DNA of 64,000 bases from an uncultured Gammaproteobacteria bacterium (GTDB lineage: Bacteria; Patescibacteriota; Patescibacteriia; SG8-24): NCBI GenBank assembly GCA_964407925.1, contig CAYOXM010000003.1, positions 5,023 through 69,022 of the forward strand, in the 5' to 3' direction. This document shows, one piece after another, positions 19,949-31,470 of the stretch (positions are counted from its first letter, which is position 1; each line of letters starts with the position of its first letter). A model generated the notes under the pieces. The model searched no databases. It saw only the letters and a list, made by a program, of their open reading frames with translations, and had not been told where the DNA came from. The position numbers and the translations under genes are program-made.

Positions 19949-20662
19949 ATGGCGCGTACGTTGATTTTGGCTACGGGACGGGGCCTCGCGCCGCACTTGG
20001 CGGCGGAGTCCCTCGCGAGGGGCTTCCAGACCACCATCGTCGGCAACAACGCCGCCGACCTGCGGAGGGAACCCGCGCTCAAAGGCGCGATGTTTCGGTC
20101 GGCCGACTTGGCCGACCCCTACGCACTGCCGACGGTGATGTGCGGCTGCTGGGCTGAAATGACCCACGTCCTGTGGGAAGTCCCGGGCTTCGGCCCGAAA
20201 CCGCCGCTCGACCTCACGATCGAGGACGCCCGTTACATGGTGGACCTGGGACTCATCGGCGGCATGGGCGCGCTCACCGCGCTCCATCGCCTGAAGGCGG
20301 CATCGCGGCCGCTCGCCGAAAGGCCGGGATCCCCGATGCGCCTCGCGGTCATCGTACCGTCGTGCGGCTGGCAGGCAGAGGACGGGATGGCAATGCAGTC
20401 GGCGGTCGCCGCCGCAGCCGCGCATTTCGCGCGCGGGTATGCGGCAACGCTCGCCGCGAGCCTTCCGGGATCGGGCGTCGATCTCATTCACAAGGTCCCG
20501 CCGCGCGACGCCGAAGGGCACTCGCCCGCGGATGCCGCGAGGCACGTCTGGGACGGGTTCCTTTCGCACGTCGAAACGTTCCAAGAGCGCTACCTCATGA
20601 ACGACCCGAGGCACGGCCTGCACGTCCAGCATTTCCCGCGCCCGCCGGAGCTCGTCCGTTGA
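19949..20662 (+). CDS. degenerate short-chain dehydrogenase-like protein
   Basis: N-terminal LILATGRGLA..LA Rossmann-like start and ADL motif, but no YxxxK; AGGAGG SD and terminator. Confidence 0.5.
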   Translation: MARTLILATGRGLAPHLAAESLARGFQTTIVGNNAADLRREPALKGAMFRSADLADPYALPTVMCGCWAEMTHVLWEVPGFGPKPPLDLTIEDARYMVDLGLIGGMGALTALHRLKAASRPLAERPGSPMRLAVIVPSCGWQAEDGMAMQSAVAAAAAHFARGYAATLAASLPGSGVDLIHKVPPRDAEGHSPADAARHVWDGFLSHVETFQERYLMNDPRHGLHVQHFPRPPELVR

Positions 20663-20756
20663 ACTGCGCCCGCCTCATGCGGGCGTTTCTTTTTGCATAA
20701 AAAAAAGGCCGACCTGCCGGCCGGCGCGCGTAGGATTGAGAACGGGACGGCAGGGG

Positions 20757-21134
20757 TCAGCCGCCCTTGGGCGTCACGGTCTTCTCGCGCGACACCTTGT
20801 CGCCGTCGACCTCGCCCTCGACCTTGATCTTGATCTTCTCGACCTTCGACTTGTCGGCGCCCTGCTTGGCCCCGTCCGCCACCTTCTCGGCGGCGTCGAG
20901 CTGCTTCTTGGCACCGCCGTCCTTGTTGGCGTCGAGCTGCCTCTTCACTTCCTTCTCGACCTTCTCCTTGACGGTGTCGGCGTACTCCTTGTTGTCCTTC
21001 TTCTCCTGCCGGCTGCTCCCGTCCTTCGGCGTCACGGTGACGTCGACTTTCGGGTTCTCGAGCGGCGGCTCGGGCTTCTTTTCGGCGGGTTTGGCGGACG
21101 AATTGTCGGGTTTGGCGGTCTGTGCGTCGCTCAC
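20757..21134 (-). CDS. hypothetical Lys/Glu-rich low-complexity protein
   Basis: GGAGGAG SD before GTG at 21134; biased codon usage. Confidence 0.6.
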   Translation of the reverse strand: MSDAQTAKPDNSSAKPAEKKPEPPLENPKVDVTVTPKDGSSRQEKKDNKEYADTVKEKVEKEVKRQLDANKDGGAKKQLDAAEKVADGAKQGADKSKVEKIKIKVEGEVDGDKVSREKTVTPKGG

Positions 21135-21267
21135 GGCTCGTGCTCCTCCGTGGGAAAAGGTTCCTGCTCGGCGGCGTCGCCGGGCCGCATCATATTGACA
21201 GGAGCCGGTTTTCGTGGCAAGGTGTCCAGTTCCTTTGACCGTCAACCCGCCATCTTGGAGGTGTCCC

Positions 21268-21720
21268 ATGGACGCATTTCCCGATTCCTGTTTCTCCGCC
21301 GTCATCGCAGACCTCATCGCCGACGGGACGTCCGTCGTGCCGCATCGGCCGTGGAGCGTCCTCTCCGGCGGCGAACGCTTCGACGGCGAGACGTTGCGCA
21401 TCGACGACGCGCCGTCGGCGTACGCCGTGATGGATGCCATCGCCGCGACCGAGGACGAGGACTGCTACGCCATCTGGACGCCGATCGAGAAGCGGCAGCG
21501 CGGCCGCATCCCGCGCGCGCTGCGCTGCGGCTTCACGCTCGCGCTGAACCGCGACGGCGGCATCACGGTGTTCCAAAGCGTCGTCTTCGTCCCGCTCGAC
21601 GTCATCGACATCGTCGCGCACCTGCCTTCCGGACAGGTCGTGCTGGTGAAGAGCCAGAAGGTTTCCGCCTGGGACGGCACCTCGACCGACGGGGCCTGGC
21701 CCGCGCGCGCGACGTCATGA
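21268..21720 (+). CDS. hypothetical protein
   Basis: GGAGG SD before ATG 21268; terminator at 21732-21764. Confidence 0.6.
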   Translation: MDAFPDSCFSAVIADLIADGTSVVPHRPWSVLSGGERFDGETLRIDDAPSAYAVMDAIAATEDEDCYAIWTPIEKRQRGRIPRALRCGFTLALNRDGGITVFQSVVFVPLDVIDIVAHLPSGQVVLVKSQKVSAWDGTSTDGAWPARATS

Positions 21721-21772
21721 AAGAAACGAAAGGCCCGCATCGTCCGATGCGGGCCTCTTTTTTTCGCGCGGC

Positions 21773-22243
21773 TCACTCCGCCGTCCACACGCCGTTCTCG
21801 GCGTGCGTGCTCGGCCAGAGGTATGACGACTCCGTGCCGTCGGCCATGAAGAGGCGCACGTTCACGTCCCGCGACGCGGGGTTCTTGCGCTCCACGAGGA
21901 CGGCCTTCAGCGTCTCGCCCATCGGGGCGTAATGCATGAGCAGCGGGACGACGAGGTTCATCTGGAGCGTCGCCTCCTCGCCCGGCCGATACTTCGCCAC
22001 GGACCACATCACGAGCGGCTGGGCAGCGGCCGGCGTCTCGACGGCCGGTTCCTGAACGGGCGACATGCGCCGACCGTAGTTCATCTGCAGCGACTGCAGC
22101 GAGGAGAGCGCGCCGGCCAGCGAACCGCTCCGATCGGTCATGTACCAGAGGTTGAGCGCCGACAGCCCCAGTCCGACGAGCAGGACCATCATCGAGAACG
22201 ACGCCGAGACGTCTTTGACTTCGTTTTTCTTCTTGGGTGGCAT
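21773..22243 (-). CDS. hypothetical membrane-anchored protein
   Basis: 156-aa ORF with an N-terminal TM helix. Confidence 0.65.
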   Translation of the reverse strand: MPPKKKNEVKDVSASFSMMVLLVGLGLSALNLWYMTDRSGSLAGALSSLQSLQMNYGRRMSPVQEPAVETPAAAQPLVMWSVAKYRPGEEATLQMNLVVPLLMHYAPMGETLKAVLVERKNPASRDVNVRLFMADGTESSYLWPSTHAENGVWTAE

Positions 22244-22274
22244 ACGCGTTGTGCCCGGTCAGGGCGTTAAAGGC

Positions 22275-23459
22275 CTATTCGTTGAATAGCGAAGGAATGA
22301 CGCGGAGGATGCGATCGTCGCCGGCGCGGACCGTGCCGCGTCCGTCGTCGTTCGACGTCGAGACGTAGAGCGCGCCGTCCGGACCGCGTACCACGGCACG
22401 GAGCCGTCCGAACTCGTTCCGCAGGTGCGCGCGCAACGGTTTCACGCCGCCGTCATCGGCGATTTCCGCCTGGTACAGCGACGAGCCGCGCAAACCGGCG
22501 AACCAGAGGCTGCCGTCGGCGAATGCCATGCCGGACGGCGCCCACGTCTCCTTTTCCCCGGAATGCCTCACCGGAAGGATCATTCCTTCGCGCGCCTTGT
22601 CGCCCTCGATCACGGGCCAGCCGTAATTGCCGCCCTTCACGATCAGGTTCAGCTCGTCGAGGCCGCTCTTCGCGCCGGAACGGCCGTGTTCGGTAGCCCA
22701 GAGACGCCCGCGGTCGTCCCACGCGAGTCCCTGCGGATTGCGATGGCCGTATGACCACACAGCGTTGCCGAACGGATTGTCCTCGGGGACGGAGCCGTCG
22801 GGATTCACGCGGAGAATCTTGCCGGCGAGCGAGTTCTTGTCCTGGCTGCGGTTGCCGTCGCCGGCGTCGCCCGTCGTCACGTAGAGTTTTCCGTCCGGAC
22901 CGAACGCGATGCGTCCGCCGTCATGGTAGTTGCCGGCCGGAATGCCGTCGACGACGACGTTCTCGTCGGACAGCGCGCCGTCAGCGTACCGGAAGCTCGA
23001 AACGCGGTTCGTCGCCGCGCCCGACTTCGCGCGCGCGGTGTAGTACAGGTAGATGCGGTCCCCCGCGCCGCCCGGCGGGACGGCGAGACCGAGCAGTCCC
23101 CCCTCGCTGATTTCGACGACGCCGGGTACGGCGACTGAAGTCGGCGGATTACCGTCGCGCCAAAGGCGGCCGTCGCGCTCCGTCGCGATCATGCCGCCGT
23201 CCGCCAAGAACGCCACCTCCCACGGCACGTGCATCCCCTCGGCGACGGTAACAACGGGACGATCCCGTGACGGCGCGACAGCGGCCGAATCCGCGGAGGC
23301 GTCGTCCTCGAGGACGTACCCGAGGTCGAGATCGCTGTCCGTCGGCGCGAACGCATACCGCACGAGCGCCGCGCGCGTGGCGAAAAGCGTCGCGACGAGC
23401 ATGAGCAGAATCGCCGCGGCGACGGTACTGAAGGGGAATTTTTTCACGATGCGCTTCAT
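22275..23459 (-). CDS. PQQ-dependent sugar dehydrogenase (GSDH/YliI-like)
   Basis: EGGLLGLA, HDGGRIAFGPDGKLYVTTGD, YGHRNPQG, DELN...GGNYGWP and GRLR motifs. Confidence 0.9.
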   Translation of the reverse strand: MKRIVKKFPFSTVAAAILLMLVATLFATRAALVRYAFAPTDSDLDLGYVLEDDASADSAAVAPSRDRPVVTVAEGMHVPWEVAFLADGGMIATERDGRLWRDGNPPTSVAVPGVVEISEGGLLGLAVPPGGAGDRIYLYYTARAKSGAATNRVSSFRYADGALSDENVVVDGIPAGNYHDGGRIAFGPDGKLYVTTGDAGDGNRSQDKNSLAGKILRVNPDGSVPEDNPFGNAVWSYGHRNPQGLAWDDRGRLWATEHGRSGAKSGLDELNLIVKGGNYGWPVIEGDKAREGMILPVRHSGEKETWAPSGMAFADGSLWFAGLRGSSLYQAEIADDGGVKPLRAHLRNEFGRLRAVVRGPDGALYVSTSNDDGRGTVRAGDDRILRVIPSLFNE

Positions 23460-23593
23460 CGCCTCCATTCTAACAGATTGAGGCAAGGGTCGTCACCTTT
23501 CCCGGCCGCGTGCGGCGCATCTCGGCCGGCCTGATTGACTCGGGTCCGCCTTAAGCGTATCGTGCCGCCGTCGCCCTTTCGCAAGGAGAAGTC

Positions 23594-24217
23594 ATGCCGT
23601 ACAAGGACAAGGTCACCGACCATTTCGAGAATCCGCGGAACGTCGGAACGCTCGACAAAACCGCCGCCGACGTCGGTACGGGGCTCGTCGGCGCGCCCGC
23701 CTGCGGCGACGTGATGCGGCTCCAACTCCGCATAGAAGAACGGATCGTCGGCGTCAGGTGCACGACCTGCCACGGCGAGACGCGTGTCGCGGGCGCGGTA
23801 CCGGCGTCGTTCTCGCTTCCGTGCGGGCACGGCGAATTCGTGATCACGCGCGGCGACGTGGTCGCCGACGCGAAATTCAAGACATTCGGCTGCGGCTCGG
23901 CGATCGCCAGCTCGTCGCTCGTCACCGAGTGGGTGAAGGGGCGGCGGATCGAGGACGCGGAGCGCATCACGAACCGCGACATCGCGGAGGAGCTGTCGCT
24001 GCCTCCCGTGAAAATCCACTGTTCGGTGCTCGCCGAGGACGCGGTGAAGGCGGCCATCGCGGACTACCGCGCCAAACGCAAAACGCGGCAGGCGGCCGCC
24101 GTCCCGAAGGGACCGGCCGCTCCCGATGCCGAACGCGCGCCGCTGCCGCCGGAATATCCCGCTACTCCCGTCGCCGAAGACGGGCATGCGCGGGCGCGCG
24201 ACCCGTTCGATACCTGA
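23594..24217 (+). CDS. iscU: Fe-S cluster scaffold IscU with an internal Cys/His insertion
   Basis: DHFENPRNVG, GAPACGDVM, KFKTFGCGSAIASSS and LPPVKIHCSVLAEDA motifs. Confidence 0.9.
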   Translation: MPYKDKVTDHFENPRNVGTLDKTAADVGTGLVGAPACGDVMRLQLRIEERIVGVRCTTCHGETRVAGAVPASFSLPCGHGEFVITRGDVVADAKFKTFGCGSAIASSSLVTEWVKGRRIEDAERITNRDIAEELSLPPVKIHCSVLAEDAVKAAIADYRAKRKTRQAAAVPKGPAAPDAERAPLPPEYPATPVAEDGHARARDPFDT

Positions 24218-24331
24218 CGAGCGCCACGAGGCCGACCGCGCGGATCCGCGCGGTTTTTATTGTCCGGATTGACGCGGCGGACGAATCGTTGTACGGTTCC
24301 GCGTCGTTCCTTCGAAAGGAGAACCGTACCG

Positions 24332-24871
24332 ATGAAACTCGCCCTCGCCGCGCCCACCGACGTCCGCTCCCACGTGGGAGACGGCTGGTTCGACCGACAC
24401 GACGCGTCGGTCGGCACCGCCGACGAACGCAACAGTTACCTCTTCCGGCGACGCGTCGCCCTTCAGCTGAAAATCGCGCAAGAATGGCCGAACGGGGACG
24501 GGTACTCCGGCCCGACGATCGACCGCATCATCGACGTCCGCTGCTACACGGCGAATGACGAAACCGGAGAGCTCGGCTGCCGTTCGCTGTCCGCGCTCGC
24601 CGCCAACGCGCTCGTCGGCAAGACCGCGGTGCAGGCGGCGGCAATGCGCGACGAGGCGTTCGTTGCCGCCGAGAAGGTTCCGTGGCAGCCGGGCTGCAAC
24701 GGCCTGCCGTTCCTGTTCGCGGATGCGGTCCGCGCCGCGCTGCTCGACTGGGCGACGAAGGCGAACGGCCGGCGCGACCGCCTGCCGTACGAACAGGCGC
24801 CGGCCGCGATGCCGCCCGATCCGAGCGTCCTCACGCCGTTCGGCAGGTTCCTCCGCGCCCTCGGCCTTTGA
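24332..24871 (+). CDS. divergent IscU-like protein
   Basis: Colinear resemblance to IscU: D..DASVGT, VALQLKI, IIDVR, GCRS, LVGKT, P..C...L.ADAVRAAL.D; GAAAGGAG SD. Confidence 0.6.
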   Translation: MKLALAAPTDVRSHVGDGWFDRHDASVGTADERNSYLFRRRVALQLKIAQEWPNGDGYSGPTIDRIIDVRCYTANDETGELGCRSLSALAANALVGKTAVQAAAMRDEAFVAAEKVPWQPGCNGLPFLFADAVRAALLDWATKANGRRDRLPYEQAPAAMPPDPSVLTPFGRFLRALGL

Positions 24872-24914
24872 ACGAAAAACCGTCCCGCGATCACGCGGGA
24901 CGGTTTTCTTTTTC

Positions 24915-26204
24915 CTACTTCCTTTCCGCAAGCGTGACGTCGACCGTTTTCTCCTTGCCCTTGTGCAGCACCTTGAGCGTCACTTTGTCACCGGGACCGT
25001 ATCCGCGAATCGCCACCGCGAGCGGATACTCCTCGGTGAGCTTCTTGCCGCCCGCCTCGAGGATGATGTCGTTCTCCTCGATGCCCGCGACGTCCGCCGG
25101 CGACCCCGGCGACACGGCGAGGTCGGTCTGCGTCTCGCCGCGCACGACGAGCGCGCCGTAATCGACGGAGAGTTGGTTCTGCTTCTTGATGTCCTTGCTG
25201 ACCATCACGTAGCGCACGCCGAGCCAGGCGCGGGTGATTTTTCCGCCGGTCTTCACCGTCTCGATGACGCGCTTCACGTCGTTCGCCGGCAGCGCGAAAC
25301 CGATGTTCTGCGACCCCTGGACGATGGCGACGTTCACGCCGATGACTTCGCCCTTCAGGTTGAGGAGCGGCCCGCCGGAGTTTCCCGGATTGATGGCGGT
25401 ATCGGTCTGGATGACGTCGTAGAGGTCCTCTGGTTTCGCCATGCCGTTCGAGGCCTGGATGGATCGCTTGAGGCCCGACACGACGCCGGTCGAGACCGTG
25501 TTGCCGAACTGGCCGAGTGCGTACCCGATGGCGATGACGCGCTGGCCCACCTTGATCGCGTCGGAGTCGCCAAAATCGAGGTGCGGCAGGCCGGTCGCCT
25601 CAATTTTCAGCACGGCGATGTCATTCGACGGATCGCGGCCGATGACTTTCGCGTCGTGCTTCGCCCCGTCCTGCAGGACGACGGTATATTCGGCGGTCTC
25701 ATCGAGCACGACATGCCGGTTCGTGACGATGTAGCCGTCATCCGTGACGATGAAACCGGTCCCCGCACCGATATCCTTCTTCTCCGTGCCCTTCTGCCGC
25801 ACCTGCGGCATCTGGAACGCGGGGTTGTCGCCGAAGAACTGCTGGAAGAAATCGTCGTTACCGAACGGATTGACGTTGTACTGCTCGTACACCGGCATGT
25901 CCTTCGCGACGACTATCGACACGACCGCCGGAGAAGATTTCGCGACCGTGGCGACCGTCATCTCCTCCTCCGATTCCCGCGCCGCGGCAGGCGGCTGCGC
26001 GGCGCGCGGCTCCTCCGGAGCGCCGACGCCGGCACGGTAACGTTCACCGAGCTGCGGAGAAAGCGAGGTCAACAACGAAGCGGAAAGCTCGCGGTTCGCG
26101 CCGACAATGCCGCCGAGGAAACCGAAAAGCGACGACACGCCGGCAGCGATGACGAGCGCGATGACGACGTAGGCTGTCGCCATCGGATTCTTATGCTCTG
26201 TCAT
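24915..26204 (-). CDS. htrA: HtrA/DegP-like serine protease with PDZ domain
   Basis: GTGFIV...TNRHVV, DIAVLKI, QTDTAINPGNSGGPL, C-terminal PDZ. Confidence 0.92.
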   Translation of the reverse strand: MTEHKNPMATAYVVIALVIAAGVSSLFGFLGGIVGANRELSASLLTSLSPQLGERYRAGVGAPEEPRAAQPPAAARESEEEMTVATVAKSSPAVVSIVVAKDMPVYEQYNVNPFGNDDFFQQFFGDNPAFQMPQVRQKGTEKKDIGAGTGFIVTDDGYIVTNRHVVLDETAEYTVVLQDGAKHDAKVIGRDPSNDIAVLKIEATGLPHLDFGDSDAIKVGQRVIAIGYALGQFGNTVSTGVVSGLKRSIQASNGMAKPEDLYDVIQTDTAINPGNSGGPLLNLKGEVIGVNVAIVQGSQNIGFALPANDVKRVIETVKTGGKITRAWLGVRYVMVSKDIKKQNQLSVDYGALVVRGETQTDLAVSPGSPADVAGIEENDIILEAGGKKLTEEYPLAVAIRGYGPGDKVTLKVLHKGKEKTVDVTLAERK

Positions 26205-26271
26205 GGCAAATGGCGTTAAGAATTCATTGGCGAAAGTATACTCCCGATAGGACAAGTTGGCAAAGTGCCGA

Positions 26272-26305
26272 ACATTATTTTTGCTTATATAAGCAAAAAT
26301 AATGT
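26272..26305. repeat. perfect 34-bp AT-rich palindrome
   Basis: ACATTATTTTTGCTTATATAAGCAAAAATAATGT equals its own reverse complement. Confidence 0.9.
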
Positions 26306-26372
26306 CGTTCTTATCACTACATAACGTAGTTTTATCCACAACGAAAAACCCACCGGACACGGTGGGTCGAAT

Positions 26373-26582
26373 CTACTCCCGGCGCGGCGCGGGAAGAAGG
26401 CGCAAGCCGAGGATCGCGAGGAGCGGCAGGAGCATGCCGACGCCGATGACGAACGCGTTTTCTCCGGCGACGTCGCTCGGATCGCGGAGCAGTCGCAGGC
26501 CGCCGGACGCGGTAAGCGCCGCACCGAAGGCGAGCAGGACCGCGAGCAGGATGTCCGGCCACGAGGGCCGTTTACGGCGCAT
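26373..26582 (-). CDS. small two-TM hypothetical protein
   Basis: Two hydrophobic helices; GGAGG SD; overlaps the end of the upstream gene. Confidence 0.55.
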   Translation of the reverse strand: MRRKRPSWPDILLAVLLAFGAALTASGGLRLLRDPSDVAGENAFVIGVGMLLPLLAILGLRLLPAPRRE

Positions 26583-27051
26583 GATCGTCCTCCATCGTCG
26601 CGACGAACGTTTCTTTTCTCGGTCGGCGCGGCCGGACGTACGGCAGGAGCGCCGTCGCGCCGCGATTCGAAACGACCCCGACGATCGTCACGACGAGCGG
26701 CATCATGCCGCTCTCCCCCGCATTCTCGAATGCGAGGAACAGGATGAGTCCCCACATCACGAGGAACACTCCGGCGAACTGCAGGAACGAAAGTACCGTG
26801 ACGGCCAGCGCGCGAAGCACCGAACGCGTCAGATTTTCCGTCCGGCCACCGCCGACCATCCTAATGACCGCGCCGATCGTCGACGCGAGCGCGAGAAGCG
26901 CGACACCGACGAGACCGACGACGACGGGATCCCAATCCCCTTCCCAACTGAGCGCGAAACCGTTCTTGACCGCGGAAGCGAACGCATACCCGAGGCAGGC
27001 GAAGCCGACGGCACCGACCAAAAAAATGACGGGACGCACTTTGCCGCTCAT
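26572..27051 (-). CDS. hypothetical four-TM membrane protein
   Basis: Four hydrophobic segments; GGAG SD. Confidence 0.65.
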   Translation of the reverse strand: MSGKVRPVIFLVGAVGFACLGYAFASAVKNGFALSWEGDWDPVVVGLVGVALLALASTIGAVIRMVGGGRTENLTRSVLRALAVTVLSFLQFAGVFLVMWGLILFLAFENAGESGMMPLVVTIVGVVSNRGATALLPYVRPRRPRKETFVATMEDDHAP

Positions 27052-27111
27052 CGTTTTCTCCGTCGAAAAAGAGCTCCCCCTACCTTACGAGAAGCCCCTG
27101 AAAACGCAACT

Positions 27112-27146
27112 TTATCCACAATGGGGACAGTCCCCGTTGTGGATAT
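27112..27146. repeat. palindromic element with DnaA-box-like ends and GGGGACAGTCCCC core (copy 1)
   Basis: TTATCCACA-AT-GGGGACAGTCCCC-GT-TGTGGATAT. Confidence 0.8.
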
Positions 27147-27712
27147 CAGTAGTCCAAACCGAACCGCGCCGGAACGCCGTGGTAAAAGTAATGTTTCACG
27201 AGCGACACGTCGCTCACGAGGTCGGCAAGTTCGCGGAAGGACTCGGGCGCGTCGCGTCCGGTCAGCACGAGTTCGGTCTCCGCGGGTTTCGATCGGATGA
27301 CGGCAAGCACGTCTTCCTCGGCCAGCATCCCGAGCGTCACCGTCGTGTTGATTTCGTCGAGGATGACGAGGCCGTGCTCCCCATTCGCGAAAATGCCGCG
27401 GACGATTCCGAGGCCGCGCTCGGCTTCGGCCTTATCCTCCGGCGTCACGCCGAAACGGAACCGGCCGGTCACGGGGTCGATGCGGTCGAGGCCCGTGGCA
27501 TGAAGCGCGATTTCGGGAAACCGCTCGGCGATAATCTTACGCTCGGCATAATGGTCGCCGCCCTTGTCGAAGTGGACGATGGCGACCTTCATCCCTTGCG
27601 AGACGGCGCGCAGCGCCATCCCGAGGCCCGCGGTCGTCTTGCCCTTCCCATTGCCAGTGTAGACCTGAATGAGACCCGTGGATTTCGGCGTCGCTGATGA
27701 CCTGCGTTCCAT
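27146..27712 (-). CDS. cobO: cob(I)alamin adenosyltransferase (CobO/BtuR family)
   Basis: GLIQVYTGNGKGKTTA, VILDEI, ELVLTGR.AP, ADLVS and KHY motifs. Confidence 0.9.
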   Translation of the reverse strand: MERRSSATPKSTGLIQVYTGNGKGKTTAGLGMALRAVSQGMKVAIVHFDKGGDHYAERKIIAERFPEIALHATGLDRIDPVTGRFRFGVTPEDKAEAERGLGIVRGIFANGEHGLVILDEINTTVTLGMLAEEDVLAVIRSKPAETELVLTGRDAPESFRELADLVSDVSLVKHYFYHGVPARFGLDY

Positions 27713-27728
27713 AAGCGCTGTGGACAAC

Positions 27729-27905
27729 ACGACGCCCGATCCTTGCGGACCGGGCGCCGTAGATGTGACCACCTCCTTTACGATGAATGAATCATACGCA
27801 TCGTGGAGGGCCCCGCGACCCCGACCTTTTGCCAGGGTGGCGCGGGGTCTCCCGCAGTAGTGCGGGAGACTCGCCGCCGTATCAGCTTTGCTGACGCACG
27901 GGATG
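27729..27905 (-). ncRNA. candidate structured RNA (run of hairpins with a sequestered TAAAGGAGGTG) between nrdJ and cobO
   Basis: At least five consecutive stems visible on the minus strand; no recognised family. Confidence 0.35.
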
Positions 27906-27927
27906 GACTGACGGGAGGTACCGGGTC

Positions 27928-28036
27928 GCAGCTCTGGATGCACCGCTAGGCGCGGGGTGCAGTCGGGGCGCAGGCGTACTCGACGTACGCCGAGCCTCGA
28001 CGGGGACCCCGCAACGACGCGGTGCGCCAGAGATGC
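27928..28036. repeat. long imperfect hairpin (REP/MITE-like) immediately after the nrdJ stop
   Basis: Nested complementarity GCATCTCTGG/CCAGAGCTGC, GCACCGC/GCGGTGC, GCGGGGT/ACCCCGC, GGCGTAC-GTCGA-GTACGCC. Confidence 0.65.
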
Positions 28037-28046
28037 GGGCCGCCGT

Positions 28047-31253
<3,207 letters not shown>

Positions 31254-31320
31254 GGGTGAAAAATTTTTCGAAAAATTGCTGGTGTAGAGTAGCGCGGGTT
31301 CTCACCATGAGCAACCCTCC

Positions 31321-31386
31321 TTATCCACAACTAATTGTGTCTGTTAGTCCGAGTATACCACAAGATGTTGTGTTGCTTGTGGATAA
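31321..31386. promoter_or_regulatory. NrdR-box-like site(s) flanked by inverted DnaA boxes upstream of nrdJ
   Basis: CCACAAGATGTTGTGT (31358-31373) resembles the NrdR box; TTATCCACA at 31321-31329 and TGTGGATAA at 31378-31386. Confidence 0.65.
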
Positions 31387-31470
31387 CCCTCCGTACAAAA
31401 AACGACACAAATTTACGCCTTCATCGAGCGCAAAAAAGCCACCCGCGTCCGGGTGGCTTCTCTTGTCACG

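Noticed and set aside
26311-26341. dif-like site (TACATAA-n-TTATC) or oriC near the AT-rich patch
   Set aside because: The spacer is 7 rather than 6 bp, there is only one DnaA box here, no dnaA/dnaN is nearby, and gene orientation does not switch.
27761-27780. 16S rRNA 3'-end fragment (GACCACCTCCTTTA)
   Set aside because: The match is too short and the flanks are not rRNA-like.
27713-28046. Canonical cobalamin riboswitch between nrdJ and cobO
   Set aside because: No recognisable B12 box or GGGAA/GCCACTG elements; kept only as an unknown structured region.
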